A program made the translations under genes and the position numbers. A stretch of DNA of 64,000 nt from Planctomycetota bacterium (GTDB lineage Bacteria; Planctomycetota; PLA2; JAEUHO01), in NCBI GenBank assembly GCA_965222115.1, contig CBDCTJ010000007.1, positions 160,001 through 224,000 of the forward strand, read 5' to 3'. This document shows positions 56,657 to 64,000 of this stretch, one piece after another. How positions within the stretch are numbered: position 1 is the stretch's first letter; the number at the start of each line of letters is the position of its first letter. The notes beneath the pieces are model-generated. The model saw only the letters and a list, made by a program, of their open reading frames with translations, searched no databases and was not told where the DNA came from.

Positions 56657-57731
56657 CAGAGTCGTTTCCAGACGCCTTGGGCGTCGCCTCGTCCGCTGCG
56701 GCACGAAGGAGGCGCGTTAGGGGTCTTATCAATGGCGGCAAGCGCTGCAACGCAGCCACTTGACGCATAGTGTCGCGAAGGGGAAAGGCCGGTGTGCCCC
56801 CCACGGTATCACCAGATGGAACGTCTCGCATGAGCCCCGAACTCGCGGCCACGTGACAGCCCTTGCCAATCCGAATGTGATCGGCAACGCCGACTTGCGC
56901 ACCGAGCGCACTCCCAGCGCCCACACGAGAGGAACCCGCCAGGCCCGTTTGGGCCGCGATGACGCAGTGTTCGCCCATATGTACGTTGTGCGCAACCTGA
57001 ACGAGGTTGTCAATTTTGCACCCCGTACCAATGACGGTGCTGCCGAACTTGGCTCGGTCCACGCATGTATGTGCACCGACTTCTACGTCGCTCGCAATCC
57101 GCACGTCACCGATGTGGGGCACGCGTTCAAGGCCACCGTGCTCTGAATGGGGCAGGAACCCAAAGCCCTCGCCACCAATGACGGCACCGGCATGCAAAAC
57201 AACGCGATCACCCAAGGTACACCGTTCCCGAATGACGGCACCGGCATGAATACGCCCATCCGCGCCCACCGTCACGTGGGGATAGATCGAAGCACCGGCA
57301 TAGATCCACGTTCCATCGCCAACAACCGCATGGGCACCGATCCACACGCGCGGGCCCAATCGAACGCCCACGCCAATGACGGCGGTCGGATCCACCACGG
57401 CCGTGTCGTGAATCGCTTCATCCGGCGGTAACTCATCGGGAGCATAGGCACATAACACCGTAGTCATCGCGTGTTCGGGACGATCAACAACGATGCGCGC
57501 CGAGGGAGAGAGGTCGTCCCAGGATTCGGCTCCTTTGGGCACAAGCAAGGTTCCGGCAGAAGAAGCGGCCGCCTGTGAGCGCATGCGTTCATCACGAACA
57601 AAAGCAACTTCGTCGGGTGATGCATCGTTCAGTGCGCTGGGGGCGCGAACCGGTTGACTCGCGTTACCAATCAAACGTCCATGTACGAGCGCGGCTATGT
57701 CGCCTGCGGTCTTGGGCTGTCTTTGTGTCAT
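56643..57731 (-). CDS. lpxD: UDP-3-O-(3-hydroxyacyl)glucosamine N-acyltransferase
   Basis: Hexapeptide repeats, [38 protein letters not shown]. Confidence 0.93.
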   Translation of the reverse strand: MTQRQPKTAGDIAALVHGRLIGNASQPVRAPSALNDASPDEVAFVRDERMRSQAAASSAGTLLVPKGAESWDDLSPSARIVVDRPEHAMTTVLCAYAPDELPPDEAIHDTAVVDPTAVIGVGVRLGPRVWIGAHAVVGDGTWIYAGASIYPHVTVGADGRIHAGAVIRERCTLGDRVVLHAGAVIGGEGFGFLPHSEHGGLERVPHIGDVRIASDVEVGAHTCVDRAKFGSTVIGTGCKIDNLVQVAHNVHMGEHCVIAAQTGLAGSSRVGAGSALGAQVGVADHIRIGKGCHVAASSGLMRDVPSGDTVGGTPAFPLRDTMRQVAALQRLPPLIRPLTRLLRAAADEATPKASGNDSDASS

Positions 57732-57793
57732 GGGTCGCCTCCGAGCGGATGGAGGCGTACGTTACGCGAGACGAATCCTTGGAACGGCGCGAT

Positions 57794-58630
57794 TTACCGA
57801 AGTCGGAACCGAACGGGCAAGTTCGCAGTGCCGCTGATGCCCGATCCAAAGCGATACATATAGGCCACGCGCAAGGCCGCCTCATCCAATATGCGATAGC
57901 CGCTGCTGGTTGCCACAATGGCATCAGAAACAACGCCGGTCGGCTCGACCGTGATGCGAATAATGGTGGTGCCCTCAATGCCGTTTGCGCGCGCATCCCA
58001 TGGGTAGTACTTCTCAACGTTGGGACGATTGGCGACGCGAAGTTTGGAACGCGCCGCGCGCTTCTGTATGGGCCGCCTTGCTTTCCGAGGATTCACACGA
58101 ATCGGCGGGCTGATGATCTCCTGCACAGGCTCCACGGGATCGATGTGCATGGGGACATCGGGAAGCGTTTCAATCACAAGGGGCTCTTCCGGAATCGCTT
58201 CGGCTACCACGTCATTGACCGGCAGGTATTCCATGGGCTGAAGTTCTTCCGGCACGATCTGTTCGGGGGGCGCCACCTGCCGATCCACGAAATGAATGCG
58301 GGACTCGGACACCTGCTTCACGTCCACCGAAGGCACCACAGGTTCTGTGACGAAGTAATAGAGCATCGCCCCGACGGCGACGTGCAACACGATCGCCACA
58401 ACGAACGAAACGGGCATAGTCGATCGCGGACGACGGGGCGCGACGCGCACAGCAGGCAGGGAGGTGGCAGTTGTTGGCGTCACGGACGACACGGCAGGCA
58501 AGTCCTCAGTCCGGCCGGACGCCGGGCGCTTCAGTCTATTCGACGTTGAACCCGTGTGGCGGTTCGGTTTCACCCTTGGCGAGCGCGTCGTACGCATTCT
58601 TTTGGGCTTCGGGACCACTTGAATCCCCAT
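57794..58630 (-). CDS. tonB: Energy transducer TonB
   Basis: TM with A..LH motif, P/E-rich linker, YP..AR..GIEG...SSGY.ILDEAA; TAATG overlap with the receptor. Confidence 0.85.
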   Translation of the reverse strand: MGIQVVPKPKRMRTTRSPRVKPNRHTGSTSNRLKRPASGRTEDLPAVSSVTPTTATSLPAVRVAPRRPRSTMPVSFVVAIVLHVAVGAMLYYFVTEPVVPSVDVKQVSESRIHFVDRQVAPPEQIVPEELQPMEYLPVNDVVAEAIPEEPLVIETLPDVPMHIDPVEPVQEIISPPIRVNPRKARRPIQKRAARSKLRVANRPNVEKYYPWDARANGIEGTTIIRITVEPTGVVSDAIVATSSGYRILDEAALRVAYMYRFGSGISGTANLPVRFRLR

Positions 58631-61047
58631 TACAGGTCCATTTCCATGCCTATGACCACGTGTCGGCGCGCACCGGCAAAGATGCCACGCGGCGCGCGAC
58701 TCGTGATGTAGTCCTCGTCGAGCAGATTCCCCACGTTGGCAAACAGTGATGTGCGCGTGCGAGGTACACGCCACCGAATGGTTGCATCCAATACCCAATG
58801 CTCGGGGATTTCGCCCACGGTGCCGTCATTGCTGGCTGCGACAGTGTTGGCTTGATCCGAAAACTGCTCGCCCACATACGACGCCCACAGCGACGCCGTC
58901 AATCCATAGCGTGGAAGCTCTGCGCGCAGGCCCACGTGCCCAACCAGATTGGGTGCATACGGAAGTTCGTTTCCTTCAAAGATCCCACCCGACGTGACGT
59001 TCTCCGTCTCCACCCACGTCCACGCCGTATCGAGCCAAAGCTTGGGCGCGCACTCATGCGTGGCGCCACAACCCCCACGGGTACGAAGCGCGGCCAGCAC
59101 GTCCACCGCCGCCGAAAACTCCACGCCATAGTTGCGCGTTTCACCGGCGTTGGTGTTGGTTGTGCTCGCGCCACCCGACTCGTTCGCCGGCACGACCTGG
59201 TTATCAAAGTCAATCAAGAAGCCGGTTACGCCGTAGCGCAACCAGTCACGGGGCTCTCCACGAATGCCGACCTCATAGTTCCAACTGCGCTCAGCCTCCA
59301 AATCCAAATCGGTACCCGTACTGTCAATTGCCTGGGATGTGCGCGGTGGTGCAAACCCTCGGTGAACGCCAGCATGAACGGTGTGTGCCTTGTCAAGATC
59401 AACTTCCACACCCGCAGCAGGTAGCACTTCGGTGTTCTCGGTGTCACCGGAGACATCAACCGGCGCTGCGCCTTGAACGGAGAATCGTCGCTCGGACACA
59501 TAGTGCTCCACGCGAACACCGGCCTGCACGCGAAGACGCTTGGACACGTGCATGGTGTCATGTACATAACCCGACAACGCCCAGAGATCGGTGGTGTCGC
59601 GATCGCGCGTAAACGGAGCGGCATTGGGGTTCACGCGGTTGTGTCGCGTGTTGATAAACAGCTCTTCGTGGTAGCGGGCACCCATTTGAAACTCGTGCTT
59701 GAACCCACTCAACCACCACGTGCCGCGCAAGCGCTCTTCGATGCCGTAACGACGAAACGTACGATCACGCGACCCGTAGCTCTCGCGTAGATAAATCGCT
59801 CCGCCATCCACAGTGGGATCCCCCACGGTGGCGACGGTGTTGGCTGGTGGTGCCGCGAACCCGTTGTTGCGAGCAAAGTCCTGCCGGTTCCAGTTACGAA
59901 AGCCACTACCGTAGTAAAGGCTTGTCTCGGACGTCAAACACGTCGAGAACTCGTGACGCAACCGAAACAGACCGGAGAGCCACTCCACATCAAACTCATC
60001 GTGGCGCGCTGGATTCTGGTGCGGATCGTCGCGGAACATGCCCTCGGTCAAGCCGAGGTACGTTGAATCGGATCGTTGGCGATAGTAGCCAAACTTTCCA
60101 AGCACGGTCGTGCGTGGTCCGAGATCGTGACTCACCTTTGCCATGATGTCGGACACCTCAAATCCGGTGTGATCGCGATAGCCATCGCCACGTTTGTAGA
60201 GCGCGGAAATAAGCGCACCGGTTGCGCCGCGACGTCCGCCGTAGTGAATCGAACTCGTCGCGTAGCCGTCGGTGCCGCCCGCCACACGAAACAGGCCGCC
60301 CTGTGTGTCCGGAATGCGATGCGTACGCAAGTTGAGTACACCGCCCACGGTATGCGGCCCGTGGATGATTTGTCCCGGTCCCTGAATCACATCAATGGTC
60401 TGCAAGCGTTCGAGCGGGGGCATGAAGTAGGACGCGTTGACGGCGTAAGGCGCCAAACTTGCCGGAACGCCATCTTCTAAGATCAACACGCTTTCTGAAC
60501 GATCGGGATTCAATCCACGAAAGCCAATGTTGGGAATCAATCCACCGGTCGCCTCGCCACGAACATGCACGCCCGGTTGTCCACGCAGCGCTTCCTGCAC
60601 GCTCTTTGGCGTTCGCACCAACACAACGTCACGGGCATCCAATTCATAAGACGAGGCTTGAATCGGCACGTTGGCGGTACTGGGCGGCGTAGTGGCATTG
60701 GAAGACGGCGTTGCGGGTGGTGTCGGAGGTGACGGCGGCGTCGGAGTAGGTTGCGGCGGTGTGGGCTGCGGCGTAGGCATCGACGGCGGAGGCAGTTGAT
60801 AGGGCGTCTGCGGGTAGGGATCCACTGGCGCCTGGGGTATGGGTTGAGGAATTGGTATCCGCGGGGCCTCGACTTCGGCAGAAAGGGGTTTACCTGTGTC
60901 GTCCTCGAGCTCGAGCGTGGGTTCTTCCGGCGCCGCCACGTCATCACCTTCTTCGGCTTGAACGTGGGATCCCCAAGCAATCAACAAGACCACGGCCATG
61001 GGGACCGCCCACTGAAACAGCCACCGTACGCCCGTTGTAATTCGCAT
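58630..61047 (-). CDS. TonB-dependent receptor (FecA-like, probable iron uptake)
   Basis: Plug NIGFRGL.P.RS...LEDGVP...IDVIQG...GGVLN; AERSWNYEVG, NAGET..YGVE, GNELPYAP, NLLDEDY. Confidence 0.92.
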   Translation of the reverse strand: MRITTGVRWLFQWAVPMAVVLLIAWGSHVQAEEGDDVAAPEEPTLELEDDTGKPLSAEVEAPRIPIPQPIPQAPVDPYPQTPYQLPPPSMPTPQPTPPQPTPTPPSPPTPPATPSSNATTPPSTANVPIQASSYELDARDVVLVRTPKSVQEALRGQPGVHVRGEATGGLIPNIGFRGLNPDRSESVLILEDGVPASLAPYAVNASYFMPPLERLQTIDVIQGPGQIIHGPHTVGGVLNLRTHRIPDTQGGLFRVAGGTDGYATSSIHYGGRRGATGALISALYKRGDGYRDHTGFEVSDIMAKVSHDLGPRTTVLGKFGYYRQRSDSTYLGLTEGMFRDDPHQNPARHDEFDVEWLSGLFRLRHEFSTCLTSETSLYYGSGFRNWNRQDFARNNGFAAPPANTVATVGDPTVDGGAIYLRESYGSRDRTFRRYGIEERLRGTWWLSGFKHEFQMGARYHEELFINTRHNRVNPNAAPFTRDRDTTDLWALSGYVHDTMHVSKRLRVQAGVRVEHYVSERRFSVQGAAPVDVSGDTENTEVLPAAGVEVDLDKAHTVHAGVHRGFAPPRTSQAIDSTGTDLDLEAERSWNYEVGIRGEPRDWLRYGVTGFLIDFDNQVVPANESGGASTTNTNAGETRNYGVEFSAAVDVLAALRTRGGCGATHECAPKLWLDTAWTWVETENVTSGGIFEGNELPYAPNLVGHVGLRAELPRYGLTASLWASYVGEQFSDQANTVAASNDGTVGEIPEHWVLDATIRWRVPRTRTSLFANVGNLLDEDYITSRAPRGIFAGARRHVVIGMEMDL

Positions 61048-61102
61048 CGCTGATCCCTCCGCCCCAGCGAGTTCTTGCCGGTGGCGTGGGAATCCTATCT
61101 AT

Positions 61103-61117
61103 TGAGAATGATTATCA
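61103..61117. promoter_or_regulatory. Fur box (7-1-7)
   Basis: TGAGAAT-G-ATTATCA, one mismatch to TGATAAT-N-ATTATCA, about 55 nt upstream of the receptor start. Confidence 0.8.
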
Positions 61118-61124
61118 GAACGAT

Positions 61125-61718
61125 TTACATAGCGTAGCCCATGTCGCCTGACTGCCTCAATCGATCTTCATAAAATCCTTCAGGCACTTCACTTACGCCG
61201 GAACCATCGATCCATCGGTTGAAAAAATTGAAGATGGCGCACACCGTCAATGCGTCAAAAATCGCGCTTTCCGACCAACCCGCCGCCTTCGCGCGGTCCA
61301 CGTCGGCCTGCTCGACCGATGCCGGAGCGTCATTCACTTTGGCGAGGTAGCGAAAGAGCGCCTTTTCGTTCTCCGGCAAGGCGGAGGCTTCAAAGTCGTA
61401 GCAGACCGAACGGACGAACGGATCGTCGTCAAGAAGGTGCGCCGCGACCGCGGCGTGCGCTGACGTTCAGAATCGACAGTCGTTGCGCGCAGAAATAAAC
61501 GATGCAATAAGCTCTCGGAAACCGGGCGATAGGTCGCTAGGACCACGCATGACGTCTTCCATGAAATTACTCAAGTGTTTGGCGGCAAGGGGGCGCTGCG
61601 CAAAGAGATAATAGATACCCGGCGGTTCCGTGCCCTGCTCGCGGCAGTGCGCAATCACACGCCCATAGCGACCCGATGCTTCGGGCGGCTCACGTTGCTC
61701 GATCTCTTGGAGATACAT
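61125..61718 (-). CDS. AhpD/carboxymuconolactone decarboxylase-family peroxidase-like selenoprotein (CxxU, Sec TGA at 61467-61469)
   Basis: In-frame join RELIASFISARNDCRF-U-TSAH...EKALFRY...KAAGWS...FNFFNRW. Confidence 0.9.
61440..61455 (-). promoter_or_regulatory. SECIS-like hairpin of the AhpD-like gene
   Basis: CGCCGC-GGTC-GCGGCG starting 11 nt after the UGA. Confidence 0.75.
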
Positions 61719-61745
61719 GGCTCGCCTTTCGTTGTTGAGGAGTCA

Positions 61746-62747
61746 TTACCCACCCGCGTTGTACGGCCATCCGGGCATCTCCGTCAACCGCCACATGGCC
61801 CATGCGCCCAAACTTCGAACGGGTCGAAACCGGTCGCCCATCGACTCTGCCTCTGACGCAGATGGTGTCTCGATACCGTGAAGACGACCGAGGCCATTGC
61901 GGACACCGAGGTCCAGCACGGGCCACACATCCAGGCGTCCCAGCGCGAACATCAACTGCATCTGGGCGCTCCACGGCCCAATGCCCCGCACTTCCGTCAG
62001 TGCAGCAATGACCTCGTCGTTGCCCTTGTGACGCAGTGCACCGAGCTTTAGCCGTCGCGAGGCAACGTGATCGGCAAGATCGAGCAGTGCCAAGGTCTTG
62101 GCGCGCGATAGCCCTGCAGAACGCAGACGCGCCTTAGAGGTTGCAAGTACTGCTTTTGGATTCATGCGCTCGCCGGGCATCAGTGCACGGGTGCGCGCCC
62201 AAATGGTCCCTGCTGCGCGCCCACTGAGTTGCTGAAACACGATGGAGCGTGCGATCGATGCGAAACCAAATGGCGATACGCCCAGTTGTGGAGGTCCAGA
62301 AAGCGTAATGACCTTGCGGAACGCGGCATCGCGCCTCATCAACGCCATGGTCGCGTCCCAAACCGGCCCGCTGCCCTTCATGTTCGACATACGCCACACG
62401 AGATAGCGCTTTACTTCTTTCGCGTACGCACCAATGGAAATGTCAAGGCGGCCTGATGTTGACGTGAGCGCCACACGCAGGGCTTCCATAGCACTAGGAA
62501 ACACGCGCATCGAGAGTGAACGCTGGCGAGCTAGCGTCATGAGGTGTCGGCCCACGCTTGGCGTAGCAATCAGGACGTGTGCACTCTGTTGCCATGCACG
62601 CACATCGCCATGAGAGGCGTCCATCGTCTTCCAGCGATCCGACGTTGCGATCACGGTACGCGGACGGGCGCGGACGGGCCACGCGGACGTGCTCTCACGC
62701 TGCGTTAGAAGCGCGATGGACCTGCGACCGACGGAAAACGCCTGCAT
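61746..62747 (-). CDS. alkA: DNA-3-methyladenine glycosylase II (AlkA/HhH-GPD); start uncertain, may be near 62390
   Basis: IARSIVFQQLSG.AA, LRSAGLSRAK, LTEVRGIGPWSA, DVWPVLDLGVR, RPVRS. Confidence 0.85.
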   Translation of the reverse strand: MQAFSVGRRSIALLTQRESTSAWPVRARPRTVIATSDRWKTMDASHGDVRAWQQSAHVLIATPSVGRHLMTLARQRSLSMRVFPSAMEALRVALTSTSGRLDISIGAYAKEVKRYLVWRMSNMKGSGPVWDATMALMRRDAAFRKVITLSGPPQLGVSPFGFASIARSIVFQQLSGRAAGTIWARTRALMPGERMNPKAVLATSKARLRSAGLSRAKTLALLDLADHVASRRLKLGALRHKGNDEVIAALTEVRGIGPWSAQMQLMFALGRLDVWPVLDLGVRNGLGRLHGIETPSASEAESMGDRFRPVRSLGAWAMWRLTEMPGWPYNAGG

Positions 62748-62849
62748 GCTTCCTCGCGTTGCTCCCTCATGAATAGTCCGGGATAGACGTCGTACACCGC
62801 CTACGTCAGACTACCCGCAACGCGGCCACGTCGTTACGCTGGAGGACCC

Positions 62850-63728
62850 ATGAGCAACACATTCTCGGCAGAGATCGGCCTCATTGGGGGCAGCGGCCTC
62901 TACACGCTGGACGGTGTTGATCGCGTTGAATCGGTGTCGCTGGACACGCCCTTCGGCACACCATCCGGCGATCTCCATGTGGGCACGCTGCACGGTCGTC
63001 GCGTTGCGTTTCTTGCCCGTCACGGCACAGGCCACCGACTCTCGCCCAGTGAAATTCCGTATCGCGCCAACGTCTACGCGCTCAAGTTGCTCGGCGTTTC
63101 GAAAGTCTTGGCCACCGGCGCCGTCGGCAGCCTACGGGAGGAACTCGCTCCACGGTCGTTGGTCATTCCCGATCAGTTCTTTGATCGCACCCGCGGTCGA
63201 CGCAATACGTTTTATGGCGATGGCATTGTCGTACACGTGGCGTTTGGAGATCCGGTATCGCCCGCGCTATGTACTGCACTTGAAACCGCGGCAAACACGG
63301 AAGGCGCCATGGTTCATCGGGGCGGAACCTACGTGTGCATGGAAGGGCCGCAGTTTTCGACGCGTGCGGAAAGCATGCACTACAAGAAACTCGGCGGTGA
63401 CGTTATTGGCATGACCAACGTCACCGAGGCGCGCCTCTGCCGCGAAGCCGAAATCGCGTATGCCACGCTGAATCTTGTCACCGACTACGACGCGTGGCGC
63501 CCCCACGCCCACGCCACGGGTCCCGAAGAAATCTTGGCGGTCCTGCGCGAAAACGCGTCGATGGCCAATCGCGTCCTGGGCGAGGCGGTGCGCCATGTAC
63601 CGACGGACCCGCTCCCCGCCGAATACGCCCTGAAATACGCGATACTCACGCCACTCGACAAGGTCCCGCCCCAAACGCTCACCCGCCTGGAGGCGCTGCT
63701 AAGGCCCTACCGATCGAGTTCCGCGTAG
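62850..63728 (+). CDS. mtnP: S-methyl-5'-thioadenosine phosphorylase
   Basis: IGLIGGSGLY, TPFGTPS, FLARHG, YRANVYAL, CMEGPQFSTRAES, IGMT, VTDYD. Confidence 0.95.
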   Translation: MSNTFSAEIGLIGGSGLYTLDGVDRVESVSLDTPFGTPSGDLHVGTLHGRRVAFLARHGTGHRLSPSEIPYRANVYALKLLGVSKVLATGAVGSLREELAPRSLVIPDQFFDRTRGRRNTFYGDGIVVHVAFGDPVSPALCTALETAANTEGAMVHRGGTYVCMEGPQFSTRAESMHYKKLGGDVIGMTNVTEARLCREAEIAYATLNLVTDYDAWRPHAHATGPEEILAVLRENASMANRVLGEAVRHVPTDPLPAEYALKYAILTPLDKVPPQTLTRLEALLRPYRSSSA

Positions 63729-63881
63729 CCGGCGTGCGGCGAACCCCACCGCAACTTTGCCGCGACGGCGCGGTTTACCATAGTTGACCGGTCGGCGATC
63801 CCACCGCACGACCGCCACGTGCCGATCGAACATCAGCCAATCGAACATCATTCGAGCGGCGCCATGAAGGAAGAGATTCGT

Positions 63882-64000
63882 ATGCGCAACGCGAAACCCT
63901 CGTCGGTATCTGAATCAACGGGATTCACCCGCTGGTTGCCCGGTGTCTTTGGTGCCCTCGTACTCACGCTTGGTCTTACATCACTCGCGCCACAGATTGA
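63882..64000 (+). CDS. 5' end of a secreted/membrane protein, truncated
   Basis: MRNAKPSS...WLPGVFGALVLTLGLTSLAPQI, open to the window edge. Confidence 0.5.
   Translation, partial: MRNAKPSSVSESTGFTRWLPGVFGALVLTLGLTSLAPQI

Noticed and set aside
31498-61718. Genome-wide UGA reassignment (Trp/Gly) or pseudogenes as the explanation for in-frame TGAs
   Set aside because: Many genes end normally at TGA, including ATGA overlaps at 14784, 19159 and 21954. The three clear read-through TGAs fall on catalytic Cys positions and have SECIS-like hairpins.
1-64000. tRNA (including tRNA-Sec), rRNA or riboswitch genes
   Set aside because: None was recognised by eye in the intergenic gaps. A tRNAscan-SE/Infernal run would be needed to exclude them firmly.

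Overview
A GC-rich, gene-dense bacterial window. The lpxD and TonB genes indicate a diderm. The many HEAT, carboxypeptidase-regulatory-like and prenyltransferase-repeat secreted proteins suggest a Planctomycetota-like organism (inference). About 50 CDSs are present, including nrfHA, a flotillin/NfeD pair, dTDP-rhamnose genes, lpxD, a Fur-boxed TonB-dependent receptor and mtnP, plus one complete ISL3 element with an 8-bp target duplication. I recognised no rRNA, tRNA or CRISPR array. Highlights: (1) an ECF sigma / putative anti-sigma / TPR-CHAT caspase-like protease / S8 subtilase operon with a divergent lipoprotein gene; both transcription units are preceded by the same bipartite motif ATGTATCAG-N13/14-GCCTCTA, a candidate cognate promoter. 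(2) Three selenoproteins that the ORF track splits at in-frame TGA (EF-hand deiodinase-like, MsrA, AhpD-like), each with a SECIS-like hairpin, plus a candidate new one: a secreted Ser/Tyr-rich protein ending C-F-T-U-Q. (3) A CXXCH-type NrfA, a plant/virus-type bifunctional rhamnose epimerase-reductase, a leader peptide upstream of a RIO kinase, and an orphan-rich island at about 36-43 kb. All calls come from reading the sequence; no searches were run.
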